Positions 1 through 10,882 are shown, numbered from the stretch's first letter. The stretch is 64,000 bases of DNA from Parcubacteria group bacterium (GCA_041659505.1 JBAZYF010000002.1:51966-115965); one strand, 5' to 3'. Translations and numbers: made by a program. Notes: generated by a model from the sequence alone, not told the origin.

Positions 1-67
1 TGATTTAGGAATTTTCGCTTGAATGATAGCGACTTTAAGATCTTTTTTCATATAGGTATGTTAATAA

Positions 68-619
68 TTACAAATTTACGCTCAACGGGCAACTCTCAAT
101 CAAGACAAAATTATTTTTCCCTTCACCAAAGTGACTGGCCATAATGTCAACCGACTCGACGCCGACGGCAAAAGAAGCTTTTTCATCTACGCGTGGTTTT
201 GAATCCAGTTCCTCCCATTTTTCTTTCCGGATCTTTCCCAAAGTGATGTGCGGAGAAAAAACTTTTTTGGAAGCGACAAAAATTTCCAATTCCTTTTCGA
301 TGGCTTCGCAAAGATTTTTTAGCTTATCACTGGCCTTTCCAACCACGCGGAACTCTTGAGGTTTTTCAACGCTCGGAGCAAGGACGATTTTTTCAAATTC
401 CAGGTCAAACAGCTCAATATCGCAGACCGCCTCGCATACTTTTTGGCATGCCTGGGCCACCACGTCATTGTCAATATAGCCCAGAAAGAATAATTCAATG
501 TGTAAATTTTCTTCTTTCGTCCATTTTACCGGTAGATTTTGCCATTTTTCACAGCTTTTAATGAGCCGACGCCTGATTCTGTCGGCTAAATTGATACTAA
601 TGAATATCTTTCTTTTCAT
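68..619 (-). CDS. thpR: RNA 2',3'-cyclic phosphodiesterase / 2'-5' RNA ligase family (2H phosphoesterase)
   Basis: 183 aa with two H-x-T/S motifs (HIELFF.. and HITLGK) spaced as in LigT/ThpR. Confidence 0.65.
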   Translation of the reverse strand: MKRKIFISINLADRIRRRLIKSCEKWQNLPVKWTKEENLHIELFFLGYIDNDVVAQACQKVCEAVCDIELFDLEFEKIVLAPSVEKPQEFRVVGKASDKLKNLCEAIEKELEIFVASKKVFSPHITLGKIRKEKWEELDSKPRVDEKASFAVGVESVDIMASHFGEGKNNFVLIESCPLSVNL

Positions 620-739
620 AATGTTTTCGCTAAATTATCCCATTTGCTCCTTCTAGTTTAGCCTTTTTTACGGGATAAATCAAGCCGTTTCCCAACGCTT
701 TATCTTCGAGAAATATCTTGCTAGAATAGAGAAAAGCTT

Positions 740-2767
740 ATGGCAGAAGAAAAGACCCAATTCATCCTCAGCATCACTCCTCTTGTCAGGATTCCCTTGA
801 ATCGTGATCAGTTTTTTTATTACCTGGCGGATGAAAAATTGCCGGCCGGAACACTCGTCAGCATTCCCCTGTTTAAAAAAACTGTTGAAGGTATTGTAAT
901 TGAAAGCAAAAATGATTTTTCCCGCGTCGGCGGAATGACGCTCAAAAAAATTGAAAAAGTTTTGGAGCCAAATTTTCTCACCAAAGAGCAACTGGCTCTC
1001 GCTAGATATATTTCAGAGTATTACGTTATCTCACTAGGAGTGGTTTTGAAAAATTTTGTGCCCAAAAGAGCAAAGTCACGCAATATGAAACCCTCCTTCG
1101 CTTCCCCCTGCGCTAAAGCTACGGCGGGCAAGCAAGAAACAAGTGGGGAGAAAAAAATTACGCTAACTGATGAGCAAGATGAGGCGGTAAAAAAAATTAC
1201 CAAAAAAGGCGCGGATAAATTTTTGCTCTTTGGGCCAGCGGGGTCAGGGAAAACTGAAGTCTATATCCACTCTATTCTGGAACTTAAAAAACAAAATCCA
1301 AAAAATCAATTTTTAATCTTAGTGCCGGAAAAAACCTTGACACCGCAAGCCTTGGAAAGATATGGTGCCTATTTTCCGGAAAATGAAATCGCCCTTCTCA
1401 GTAGCAATTTATCCAAAGGCGCCTTGTTTTCTAATTGGCAGCGCATCAAATCCGGCGAAGCCAAAATTATTATTGGCACCCGGATGGCTGTTTTTGCTCC
1501 ATTTCGAAAACTGGCTCTCATTGTAATTGATGAAGAACAAGACATGTCTTTTAAACAATGGGATATGAATCCGCGCTACGATGCGCGAGCTGTCGCGGAA
1601 AAATTGAGCAATATTTTTTACAGTAAGCTCGTCCGCGGATCAGCCACACCAAGCGTTGAAACATATTTCAAGACTCAAAATAAAAACTATACGCTCCTAA
1701 CTTTGAGCGATTCTTATCATCCCAAAAATTCAATCGCACAAAAAGTCCGCAGTACGATCGAATTGGTCGATATGAAAAAAGAACGTTGGGCGAAAAATTA
1801 TTCTTGCATCAGTAAAAAGTTGCGGAGCGAAATCAGCTACGCTTTGAAAAATAATCTGCAAACAATCCTCTTCATTAATCGCCAAGGGATGAGTAATTTT
1901 TCTGTTTGCAAGAGTTGCAAGACTGTCCTCAAATGCCCTGATTGCGACCGCGCTTTGATCTATGGTTCGCGCGAATACAAATGCCCACATTGCGCCTTTG
2001 TCGCGTCCGCCATTCCGAATTGTTCCAAATGTCATGGCATTGAATTTCGCAATATCGGACTAGGCACGCAAAAAGTAGAGAAAGAAGTCAGAGATTTTTT
2101 TTCCAGTGCCAGAGGTTTGCGCCTCGACTCAGATGGGAGCAAGGAAAAAGATTTCCAAAAAATAGCGTATGAAAAATTTTCCCGCGGAGAGATTGACATT
2201 CTCATCGGCACCCAAATGATCACGAAAGGCTGGGATCTGCCTAAAATGGCGCTGGTTGGCGTCATTGACGCGGACAATATGCTCACGCTACCAGATTTTC
2301 GCGTCGGAGAAAAAGCTTGGCAAGATTTGGTCCAACTATCCGGCCGTGTTTCTAGGCCGGGCGCCAGATTTCCCGGCCGAATCATCATCCAGACCTATCA
2401 TCCAGAAAATAAGATTTTGACGCTGGCCGCGCAAAATAATTATTCCGCGTTCTACGACCAAGAATTGCCTGACCGCGAAATTTTGCACTACCCACCTTTC
2501 GGAAAAATTGCTAAACTAGTCTTTGAGGATTATAATCAAAAAAGGGTTGCAAGCGAGACAGAACGGGTGTATAATCTTTTAGCTTCAGAAAATTGCGCCG
2601 TACAAATCAGTCCGCCGGCGGATGCATATGTATCAAAAATTCGCCGAAGATTTCGCCGTCAGCTAATCCTTAAATTTCCCGAAAAATTACCCCAAGAAAT
2701 TCTCATCATTCTCAACGCACTTCCGACCGGTTGGGTCATTGATATCGACCCAGCTTCAATCATCTAA
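740..2767 (+). CDS. priA: primosomal protein N' (replication restart helicase PriA)
   Basis: 675 aa, Walker A GPAGSGKT, DEEQD box, Cys-rich zinc-binding insert (CKSCK..CPDC..CPHC..CSKCHG). Confidence 0.85.
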   Translation: MAEEKTQFILSITPLVRIPLNRDQFFYYLADEKLPAGTLVSIPLFKKTVEGIVIESKNDFSRVGGMTLKKIEKVLEPNFLTKEQLALARYISEYYVISLGVVLKNFVPKRAKSRNMKPSFASPCAKATAGKQETSGEKKITLTDEQDEAVKKITKKGADKFLLFGPAGSGKTEVYIHSILELKKQNPKNQFLILVPEKTLTPQALERYGAYFPENEIALLSSNLSKGALFSNWQRIKSGEAKIIIGTRMAVFAPFRKLALIVIDEEQDMSFKQWDMNPRYDARAVAEKLSNIFYSKLVRGSATPSVETYFKTQNKNYTLLTLSDSYHPKNSIAQKVRSTIELVDMKKERWAKNYSCISKKLRSEISYALKNNLQTILFINRQGMSNFSVCKSCKTVLKCPDCDRALIYGSREYKCPHCAFVASAIPNCSKCHGIEFRNIGLGTQKVEKEVRDFFSSARGLRLDSDGSKEKDFQKIAYEKFSRGEIDILIGTQMITKGWDLPKMALVGVIDADNMLTLPDFRVGEKAWQDLVQLSGRVSRPGARFPGRIIIQTYHPENKILTLAAQNNYSAFYDQELPDREILHYPPFGKIAKLVFEDYNQKRVASETERVYNLLASENCAVQISPPADAYVSKIRRRFRRQLILKFPEKLPQEILIILNALPTGWVIDIDPASII

Positions 2768-2789
2768 CCTAAAATTTATAGCTAAAAAC

Positions 2790-3230
2790 ATGGCCATTCT
2801 TCCCATCGTAATCTATCCTGATCCGCGCCTCAAAAAAAAGACGCAGGAAATAAAAAACCCCAAAGACCCCCTCATTCAGGAGTTGATTTTCGATATGTTG
2901 GAAACGATGAAGGAAAATAACGGCATGGGTCTGGCCGCCACCCAGGTGGGAAAATCGCTGCGTCTGTGCGTCATCCGTTTTGAAAGAAAGACCCATATCC
3001 TAATCAATCCAAAAATTAAATCCAAATCTTGGGGCAAGGAAATTGCTGAAGAAGGATGTCTGTCTTTTCCTGGACAATTTTTACCCATTAAGCGCTCCAA
3101 AAAAGTCAAAGTAGTTGCCCAGAATAAATCAGGAAAACTTATCACTATCGAAGCAGAGGGACTTCTAGCCAGAGCATTACAGCATGAAATCGACCATCTG
3201 GACGGAATTTTATACATCGAAAGAGTCTAA
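2790..3230 (+). CDS. def: peptide deformylase
   Basis: EGCLSFPG and HEIDHLDG motifs; start moved to internal ATG (MAILPIVIYPDPRL) just after the priA stop. Confidence 0.9.
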   Translation: MAILPIVIYPDPRLKKKTQEIKNPKDPLIQELIFDMLETMKENNGMGLAATQVGKSLRLCVIRFERKTHILINPKIKSKSWGKEIAEEGCLSFPGQFLPIKRSKKVKVVAQNKSGKLITIEAEGLLARALQHEIDHLDGILYIERV

Positions 3231-3256
3231 ATAAAAAAATATAAATCATACAAAAT

Positions 3257-4219
3257 ATGCCAAAAAAATCCATCAAGCTCCGGACTGTCTTTATGGGCAC
3301 GTCTTCTTTTGCCGATACGATTCTTACTGCGCTGATTGCAGAAAAATACAATCTCATCAGCGTCTACACCCAAACAGATAAGAAGGTCGGACGCGACCAA
3401 GCGTTGCAAAAGACCGCTGTCAAAATTACAGCTGAAAAAAACAAGATTCCAGTCTTTTCTCCGGCCAGATTTGGAGAGGAAGAAATCAAAGAATTGGCTG
3501 AGCAAAAACCAGACCTGGTCATCGTTGCAGCTTATGGGAAAATTCTGCCCCAAGCTGTCCTAGAACTGCCCGGCTTTGGCGCCATCAATGTGCACGCATC
3601 ACTTCTCCCTCATTATCGAGGACCATCACCGATCCAAAATGCCATTTTGGACAACGAAAAAGAAACTGGTGTCACTATAATGCTTATGGACACTGGCATT
3701 GATACAGGCGCGATTCTCAACCAGGAAAAAACCAAGATTGACCCGGATGAAACTAGTTCAGAACTTTCGGAAAAATTGGCCAAACTTTCAATTCCGTTGC
3801 TTCAAAAAACAATTGTGCTTTGGGTTGAAAGAGAAATCACGCCAAAACCGCAGGATGATAAACTAGCTACCCTCTGCCAACTAATTGAACGTGGTGATGG
3901 AAAAATAATCTGGATGAATGACTCCACAACAATCTATGACCAATATCGCGCATTTTACTCTTGGCCGGGAGTTTTTACTTATTGGCAACGAGGTGACGCC
4001 AATATGCGGTTAAAGATAAACAAACTTGCTCTGGGAAATACCGCTACGCTTGGCGAGCATTCTTTGGGAGAAGTTTTTGAGTCGGACGGTAAGATCGCGG
4101 TCCAATCTGGAGCCGGAGCGATTATTTTGGAGGAAGTACAACTAGAAGGTAAAAATAATTTAAAGATAAGAGATTTTATCAATGGAAATCCAAAATTCAT
4201 TGGAAGCGTTTTAAAATAA
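3257..4219 (+). CDS. fmt: methionyl-tRNA formyltransferase
   Basis: FMGTSSFA N-terminus, HASLLPHYRGPSPIQ motif; def-fmt synteny. Confidence 0.9.
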   Translation: MPKKSIKLRTVFMGTSSFADTILTALIAEKYNLISVYTQTDKKVGRDQALQKTAVKITAEKNKIPVFSPARFGEEEIKELAEQKPDLVIVAAYGKILPQAVLELPGFGAINVHASLLPHYRGPSPIQNAILDNEKETGVTIMLMDTGIDTGAILNQEKTKIDPDETSSELSEKLAKLSIPLLQKTIVLWVEREITPKPQDDKLATLCQLIERGDGKIIWMNDSTTIYDQYRAFYSWPGVFTYWQRGDANMRLKINKLALGNTATLGEHSLGEVFESDGKIAVQSGAGAIILEEVQLEGKNNLKIRDFINGNPKFIGSVLK

Positions 4220-4223
4220 ACTC

Positions 4224-5069
4224 ATGTTTAACTCTGATCAAGGGAAAGAAGAAAAAAATATCAAAGCAATTGCTATAGGGCTATTTCTAATTGCGCTAAT
4301 TTCGGCCATTACTATCTTTAAGTCAAATTCAGAAAAAAAAACATCTTTTAAAAACAACCAAGAAGCGGCTGTGGTCAAGCCAACAGAGATTGATCCAGCA
4401 AAGATCGGAAAAATTACATCAACTGAACTAGCAAAAAAAATTCAGACAAATCATGAGGAATTGATCCTTGTTGATTTTCGTGATACGAATAGCTACAAAA
4501 ATGAACACATCGTTGATTCGATCAATATGCCTGTTTCTGACATAGCTTCTTTTCCTCAGGTTGTAGCAAAAAACAAGACCTGCATATTGATCCAAAAGTC
4601 AGAAGAAATGATCCTTATTGGCGACATAGCCGATATCCTTTCGGCATTAGGTTACACTAACCTTTTCTATCTTGATGGTGGTTTTGAATCATGGAAAAAC
4701 AATTTCAATCCAACAATTAGCGATGGCGACCAAAACTCTTTCGCTGATCAAGCTAAAGTGAGATATATCACTAGTGATGATTTGAAAAGAATACTTGCTA
4801 CGGAGAAAAATCTAGTCATTATTGACGCACGAAAAAGCGATGAATTTAGTACTGGCCACATAGCCGCAGCAACCAATATTTTTCTAGATGATATAGAAAA
4901 AAGGAGAAAAGAACTCCCCCTGAATAAAACTATTATTATCTACACCGACACCGCCCTAGGAGCCTTCAAGGGCGCAGCAAGGTTGTTCGACTTGGGCTTT
5001 TCAAATACCTTTGCTCTTTCTGATGGATTAGACACTTGGAAAACTAAAGGCTATGAACTGACAAAATAA
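4224..5069 (+). CDS. membrane-anchored tandem rhodanese-domain protein (second domain lacks catalytic Cys)
   Basis: N-terminal TM helix; two rhodanese-like segments; only the first has a Cys at the active-site position. Confidence 0.55.
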   Translation: MFNSDQGKEEKNIKAIAIGLFLIALISAITIFKSNSEKKTSFKNNQEAAVVKPTEIDPAKIGKITSTELAKKIQTNHEELILVDFRDTNSYKNEHIVDSINMPVSDIASFPQVVAKNKTCILIQKSEEMILIGDIADILSALGYTNLFYLDGGFESWKNNFNPTISDGDQNSFADQAKVRYITSDDLKRILATEKNLVIIDARKSDEFSTGHIAAATNIFLDDIEKRRKELPLNKTIIIYTDTALGAFKGAARLFDLGFSNTFALSDGLDTWKTKGYELTK

Positions 5070-5111
5070 TTCCGAATAATTGGAACGGTTCACTTTTTAT
5101 ATCTCTTAGTG

Positions 5112-5411
5112 CTATTCCACTACTGCCAAGATATCTTCTGCCTTAAGAATCAAACAGGCATCTCCACCCACCTTGATTTCTGTTCCGCTATACTTGGCAA
5201 AAATAACTCTTTGCCCTTTTTTAACCGGCATAGCCTCGACTGTGCCTATTGCCAACACCCTCCCTTCCTGGGGTCGCTCCGTATTGGCTATTTCCGGTAA
5301 AAAAATCCCTGACTCGGTCTTTTGATCGGCCTTGAGTAATTTGACCAAAACATTTTCGCCCAATGGTTTGATATTTTCTTTTTGCATATTTTTTTCTTGC
5401 GTCGCTTCCAT
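5112..5411 (-). CDS. groS: co-chaperonin GroES
   Basis: 99 aa, IKPLGENVLVK..ESGIFLP..EGRVLAIG Cpn10 pattern. Confidence 0.85.
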   Translation of the reverse strand: MEATQEKNMQKENIKPLGENVLVKLLKADQKTESGIFLPEIANTERPQEGRVLAIGTVEAMPVKKGQRVIFAKYSGTEIKVGGDACLILKAEDILAVVE

Positions 5412-5483
5412 TCCTCAACTATCTTCAAAACAGAATTTCCGGAATAAACAACGAAACGCATTAGAGTTAAAAAATTAAATTAC

Positions 5484-6206
5484 CTACATTATTTTTTCGC
5501 AATCACATTCCTTATTATCTTCTTTTTTCGACATATAGCTATAAAGAAATATTCCCTGAGAAGCAAAAAGCTTTAAAATTTCCATATTTTTCGGCTTTCC
5601 CTCTTCTTTTTCATCATAACCATCCACTATCAAGTAACTCTTTATATTGTTAATTTTTTGAGGTGAAGAGACAACTAAAAATCCATTATGCTTTTTAACG
5701 TTCACGTCTTCTTTCATTTCTGTAAGCTCCTTGTTTGGTATGGTTGAACTAATACTATCGGAAAGGCCAACTTCCTTTTCAGTCCTATTTGTCTTTAGAT
5801 TAACAAATCGGATCACTGACACATTAGCCTTGAGCAAAAAATTAGTAGCATTAATGATGGATTCATATGCCTCTTTCTCCTTTTTTCTGTTCAAGATAGA
5901 CCGATCAGAAAGACCAAGCGCTACACCCATCATGATGTCCATCTTCCGATTGACCTCCCCGATATAGCTATAAGAGTCAACTAAATCCTTAACTGTCTGA
6001 TCCATTTTTTTTTGCGTCCTTTCTTTCTCTTTTTTTTGCAGTGCAATCCTTCTTTCATTTTGAACAAAAGTTAGAAAAGCAATCGAACCAAGAATAAAAA
6101 TCGCCACTTCTTCCGCCCGTTCCTCAACAAGAAATGAAACATTTCCTCGGATGATATCCGGAATCAAAACAGCAACAGCAAATAAAATAGAAAAAATCCA
6201 ATACAT
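5484..6206 (-). CDS. hypothetical membrane-anchored protein
   Basis: N-terminal TM helices then charged coiled-coil-like region; no recognisable motif. Confidence 0.3.
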   Translation of the reverse strand: MYWIFSILFAVAVLIPDIIRGNVSFLVEERAEEVAIFILGSIAFLTFVQNERRIALQKKEKERTQKKMDQTVKDLVDSYSYIGEVNRKMDIMMGVALGLSDRSILNRKKEKEAYESIINATNFLLKANVSVIRFVNLKTNRTEKEVGLSDSISSTIPNKELTEMKEDVNVKKHNGFLVVSSPQKINNIKSYLIVDGYDEKEEGKPKNMEILKLFASQGIFLYSYMSKKEDNKECDCEKIM

Positions 6207-6226
6207 AGTGGCTCTATTATGGTTGA

Positions 6227-7186
6227 TTATGCAGATAGCATTTCCAATAAATAATTCCTCAGTATGTTCAGCCGATCCTGATCATGGATCGACACAACAA
6301 GCACCTCCGGGTTAATTTTTTGCATCTCTTTTACTTTTTTGGCAATCTGCTTGGCATCGACCAAGTCAGTTTTGGTGAGCAAAATGATTTCTTTTTTTTG
6401 CAAGAGTTCATCGGAATATTTTCCCAATTCTTCTCTAATGATTTTATAGTCTTTTTTGCAATTCTCCGATTCTAAGCTGATGCAATGGACTAAGATTTTT
6501 GTTCGTTGAATGTGACGCAAAAATTTCATCCCCAATCCCCTGCCCTCCGATGCGCCTTCGATCAGTCCGGGAATATCAGCAATGATAACACCCTCCATTA
6601 CGCCTAAATTTGGCTCGAGCGTTGTGAAATCATAATTTCCCACCTTAGCTTTGGACGCGGTCAATTCGTTGAGCAGAGATGATTTTCCGGCACTTGGCAG
6701 TCCGATCAGTCCAATATCCGCGATAAAGCGCAATTCGACGAATAGATTACGCTCTCCACCTTCCTTGCCCAGCTCCCTTTCTTTTGGTGAAGTATTGGTC
6801 GGCCCACGAAAGAAAAAATTTCCCCGTCCGCCGATCCCGCCACTCGCGACCAGGATGCGCTCACCCACTTTGATAATTTCCAACTCTTCCAAGGTATCTA
6901 AATCATGCAACACGCTACCGATCGGCACAGTCAAGATCAAATCTTTTCCGCGGTGTCCTTCGGAATTATCTTTTTTGCCATTCTGTCCATCTTCGGCGTA
7001 ATATTCTTTTTTGTGCTTGTACTTATTCAACGCCGAAAGATTTGACACGCCTTCAAAATAGACGCTGCCTCCGTTGCCACCTTTCCCGCCGGTCGGCCCA
7101 AGGCTCATCTTGACTTTATTGAAAGCCACAACGCCATCGCCGCCACGCCCGGCATATACTTTTAATTTAACTTCATCAGTAAACAA
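6227..7186 (-). CDS. obg: GTPase Obg
   Basis: N-terminal Gly-rich Obg fold (GGDGVVAFNK, GGKGGNGG), G1 GLPSAGKSSLL. Confidence 0.9.
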   Translation of the reverse strand: MFTDEVKLKVYAGRGGDGVVAFNKVKMSLGPTGGKGGNGGSVYFEGVSNLSALNKYKHKKEYYAEDGQNGKKDNSEGHRGKDLILTVPIGSVLHDLDTLEELEIIKVGERILVASGGIGGRGNFFFRGPTNTSPKERELGKEGGERNLFVELRFIADIGLIGLPSAGKSSLLNELTASKAKVGNYDFTTLEPNLGVMEGVIIADIPGLIEGASEGRGLGMKFLRHIQRTKILVHCISLESENCKKDYKIIREELGKYSDELLQKKEIILLTKTDLVDAKQIAKKVKEMQKINPEVLVVSIHDQDRLNILRNYLLEMLSA

Positions 7187-7210
7187 AATATTTTAATCCT
7201 AAAAAATTAA

Positions 7211-7453
7211 TCACTTTTTCTTCGGCACCGGATCATATCCACCTGCATTCCAGGGATGACAACGCACGATTCTTTTCAGTCCCAGAAATCCTCCGCGCCA
7301 AATACCAAACCGTTCGATTGCCTCGTAGGTATATTGACTGCAAGTCGGATGAAAACGACAGATCCGTTCGGAGATGACATAAGAAAGCGGTCCCTGGTCG
7401 AGAGAAAGAGTTTTTTGATAAAGCCTTATAAGCACTAAAATAATCCGTTTCAT
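7211..7453 (-). CDS. yidD: membrane protein insertion efficiency factor YidD
   Basis: 80 aa with [21 protein letters not shown] signature. Confidence 0.85.
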   Translation of the reverse strand: MKRIILVLIRLYQKTLSLDQGPLSYVISERICRFHPTCSQYTYEAIERFGIWRGGFLGLKRIVRCHPWNAGGYDPVPKKK

Positions 7454-7516
7454 CTATTCTTATTTAACTCCTAAAAAGAGCGCCTGTCAAGCTAATTTGC
7501 CTTTTTTAAGCCAAAA

Positions 7517-8224
7517 TCATACTTTGCCTAAAAAATCAAACTCCACTTCTCTTTCTGGATGAAAAACAACCTCTGTCAAACTTCCTGCTGGCAAATTCCG
7601 CAAAAAACTAAGCTCATTGACCCAATCAAAGCTAACCATATAATCAGTAGTATACATGGTTGTTTTTCGCATATCGACCAAACTTTTTTTGCGCAACCAA
7701 TTTAACGCCTTCGCTACCGGACCAGAGCTGTTAAATTCTTTTTTTCCAAAGCGTACAAAGGGAATCTTGTATTTTTCACCCAATTGGATAACTGTCCTTA
7801 AATAAGGAGGAAAATAATGGATATACTCATGTGAACCGATTCCGTCCGGCACTTGACCAAAAATTTCTTCAAATTTTTCAATCTGGATCGCCCATTGCAA
7901 TCCCACTTTTTCTGGGCTAGTTTTTCCCATCAAATATTTTAATATAAACACGATGGCCCTTCTTATTGGACTTTCTTTGAGTTTTCGATCGCCTCGCCAG
8001 TAGCTTGAATTATAGTCAACCAGATGCAAATGGATATCCAACTTGACTCCCGATTTCTTCAATTCCTCCACCTCATCAGCACTTAAATTTTCACTAATCA
8101 TAACTTCGACACGATCTAATTTTCCCGTCCTCAATGATTTTAAGATATTAACATTTGCTAGCTTACTGATCCCAAAATCATCAGCAGAAAAAATGGCTTT
8201 TTTTCGATTTTTTTCATCTAACAT
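7517..8224 (-). CDS. YdjC/ChbG-family carbohydrate deacetylase
   Basis: ADDFG N-terminal motif, DIHLHLV and GSHEYIHYFP metal-site motifs. Confidence 0.7.
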   Translation of the reverse strand: MLDEKNRKKAIFSADDFGISKLANVNILKSLRTGKLDRVEVMISENLSADEVEELKKSGVKLDIHLHLVDYNSSYWRGDRKLKESPIRRAIVFILKYLMGKTSPEKVGLQWAIQIEKFEEIFGQVPDGIGSHEYIHYFPPYLRTVIQLGEKYKIPFVRFGKKEFNSSGPVAKALNWLRKKSLVDMRKTTMYTTDYMVSFDWVNELSFLRNLPAGSLTEVVFHPEREVEFDFLGKV

Positions 8225-8228
8225 AGGC

Positions 8229-9044
8229 TTAAAAAACTTGTTTTTTAATTATCACTTTCTGACCCAAAATTTGAAAAATATTTTTCTGATAATGCTCGAC
8301 GAGATCGGAAAAATAATAAACATCTTGCTGGACCTTTTTTCCCTTACCGGAAAAAATCTTTTTTGTTCCTTGTGCAATCTCTTGAGCTGAGCTGATAATC
8401 TGCACGTCTTTCCCCAAATACCCCTCGATCATTCTTTTAAGCAAGGGATAATGAGTGCAACCGAGCACTAACATATTTAATCGCTTCTTCTTCAAGTCTT
8501 TCAGATATTTTTCCACGACCAGCTTAGTCACTTTTCCGCTCAGCAATCCTTCCTCGACTAAAGGCACAAAAAGCGGGCAAGCCCTGGAATAAACTTTCAT
8601 AACTTTATCCAACGCTTTAATCTTCTTAGCATATACTCCGCTGCCTATCGTGCCTCTCGTACCAATCACACCAATCTTCAATTTTCTTTTTAAAGACCTT
8701 TCTTTTTCAACTCGAGCGACCACAGGATCAATCACGTCATAAAAATTAATCTTGGGGTATTTTTTACGCAAAAAATCAGCGGCAAAGGTTGAGGCGGTAT
8801 TGCAAGCAATCACGATGTCTCTCGCTCCCCTTGAAATCAAAAATTCAGTGATTTCCACCGCATAGCCCCGGATCACATCCGAACTTTTGTCACCCCAAGG
8901 ATAGCGCGCCGAATCGCCAAAATAAACAATAGGACAATTTGGATTGGCCTTTTTGATTTCCTTAGCGACAGTCAGACCGCCAATTCCACTATCGAAAATT
9001 CCGATCATAAATTTGGCTTTATTGCGATTACTCGACGTCCCCAA
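8229..9044 (-). CDS. murI: glutamate racemase
   Basis: IGIFDSGIGGLTV, ACNTAS and LGCTHYP motifs. Confidence 0.9.
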   Translation of the reverse strand: MGTSSNRNKAKFMIGIFDSGIGGLTVAKEIKKANPNCPIVYFGDSARYPWGDKSSDVIRGYAVEITEFLISRGARDIVIACNTASTFAADFLRKKYPKINFYDVIDPVVARVEKERSLKRKLKIGVIGTRGTIGSGVYAKKIKALDKVMKVYSRACPLFVPLVEEGLLSGKVTKLVVEKYLKDLKKKRLNMLVLGCTHYPLLKRMIEGYLGKDVQIISSAQEIAQGTKKIFSGKGKKVQQDVYYFSDLVEHYQKNIFQILGQKVIIKKQVF

Positions 9045-10809
9045 CTTTTTGCAGATTGATTAGCTTCTGATAGAGTCCACCGGAAAGGCGCGAAAGCTCA
9101 GTATGATTTCCCTCTTCCACTACTCGACCTTTCTCTAATACAATAATCTTATCCGCTTTTTTGATTGTACTCAAGCGATGTGCAATCACAATCACCGTCC
9201 GATTTTTACTGATCTTGTCCATCGCATCCTGAATCAACCGCTCTGAATAAGAATCCAGGCTTGATGTCGCTTCATCAAAAATAAGGATCCGCGGATTAGC
9301 CAAAATTGCCCGCGCGATTCCGATCCGCTGACGCTGACCGCCAGAGAGCTTAATCCCCCGTTCGCCCACCGTCGTCGCATAGCCATCCTTCAGTTGCAGG
9401 ATAAATTCTTCCGCATTAGCCGTACGTGCCGCTGCCATAATCTCCTCCCTGCTCGCGCCCGGTTTGGCATAGGCGATATTTTCGTTGATACTTGTGTCAA
9501 AAATTTCCACCTCCTGCGGAACGATGGCCATAAAGTGGCGAAAGGCATACAAATCATACTCACGCAGATCCTTGCCATCCAAAAGCACCTGCCCGGCACT
9601 AGGATCATAATGGCGATAAATCATCCGCACGACTGTTGTTTTTCCGCCACCAGATGGTCCGACCAAGGCAGTCACGCAGCCAGAATCGATGGAAAAATTG
9701 ACCTTTTCTAAAGCACAATTCGCGCTGTCTTTATAGCAAAAAGAAATATCTTTAAATTCTATTTTTCCTTCAATCTTTTTCGGCTTCAATCCTTTGGGAT
9801 TATTTTTAATATCTGATTCTTCTTTGGACAAAACGTAGAGACGTTCCACAGCTTCACTAGATTCCATAATCCGGTCGTAAAGTCGCGAAATGCGGAATAA
9901 TGAAAGTAGAGCTTTTTCGGAAATAGTATAAACAAAGACTATACTACCGATCGTGATTTGACCCTGTATTACCAAATAAACCCCAAAAATTAACACAAAA
10001 GCACGACCGAGATCAATCACCAAATTTCGCGCTACGTTATATTGAATTATTTTTCTATATTCCTTAAGTATACTGCTTTTTACATTTCCAGTCGCTCGGG
10101 AAAATTGGATATGTTCCCTTAGTTCCGCCACAAAAGATTTGACGGTATTAATATTGATTATTGATTGAGTCATGAGGCTGGCTGCTACCTCTTGCTCATC
10201 AAATCTATTTTTACGAAAAGGATAAACTAATTTATTTACTCGGAGCGTGAGCAAGATGAAGGCTGGCACAAAAATCAAAATTATTACCCCAAAATGCCAA
10301 TTAACCACAAACAGCGTAATGGTGGTGAAAATAATTTGAAAAACCGTCGGTGCAACTTCAAATGAAAAATTACTAAATAATGTTTCAATCTTATCAACTC
10401 CTCGTGTCACTTTTATCACCTTGCCACCTGTATTTTCCGCTTCATGATAGCCCAAACTCAAAAACACCATCTTCTTGTGAGCATTGTTTGAAAGATAAGC
10501 AATGATGTCCACGAGAACATCAAATATTCGATTGTCCGCCAAATAATCAAGAAAGGAAATCCCTTGATTGATCAGAAACATCGCCCCGACCAAAAGCAAA
10601 ATATTACTCAATTGAGACGGGTCAAAACTAGTGATTCTGTCAATCACTAGTTTTAGCATATAGGGACCGACAAGGCGAACTACTTCCATTGCCATAATCA
10701 AAACAAGCAAACGTTTAATCTGCTTCTGACTCGGCTCCAAGAGTTTCCAAATTCGCTCCCAGAAGCGTCCCAAGTCCATTTTCGGCTGTTTTTCGGCTGT
10801 TTTTTTCAT
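9028..10809 (-). CDS. ABC exporter, fused permease/ATPase (MsbA-like)
   Basis: 6-TM N-domain; Walker A GPSGGGKTT, signature LSGGQRQRIGIARA, Walker B ILIFDEATS. Confidence 0.8.
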   Translation of the reverse strand: MKKTAEKQPKMDLGRFWERIWKLLEPSQKQIKRLLVLIMAMEVVRLVGPYMLKLVIDRITSFDPSQLSNILLLVGAMFLINQGISFLDYLADNRIFDVLVDIIAYLSNNAHKKMVFLSLGYHEAENTGGKVIKVTRGVDKIETLFSNFSFEVAPTVFQIIFTTITLFVVNWHFGVIILIFVPAFILLTLRVNKLVYPFRKNRFDEQEVAASLMTQSIININTVKSFVAELREHIQFSRATGNVKSSILKEYRKIIQYNVARNLVIDLGRAFVLIFGVYLVIQGQITIGSIVFVYTISEKALLSLFRISRLYDRIMESSEAVERLYVLSKEESDIKNNPKGLKPKKIEGKIEFKDISFCYKDSANCALEKVNFSIDSGCVTALVGPSGGGKTTVVRMIYRHYDPSAGQVLLDGKDLREYDLYAFRHFMAIVPQEVEIFDTSINENIAYAKPGASREEIMAAARTANAEEFILQLKDGYATTVGERGIKLSGGQRQRIGIARAILANPRILIFDEATSSLDSYSERLIQDAMDKISKNRTVIVIAHRLSTIKKADKIIVLEKGRVVEEGNHTELSRLSGGLYQKLINLQKVGDVE

Positions 10810-10817
10810 TGAATCGG

Positions 10818-10850
10818 CAAAAAAATAAAGGGTTGCGACCCTTTATTGAT
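10818..10850 (-). terminator. rho-independent terminator (AAAGGGTCGCAACCCTTT + T-run on minus strand)
   Basis: perfect 7-bp GC-containing stem followed by TTTTTTT immediately after the 78-aa gene. Confidence 0.5.
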
Positions 10851-10882
10851 TATATCCCAAAAGGACCTTTTTAGCAAGTGGT

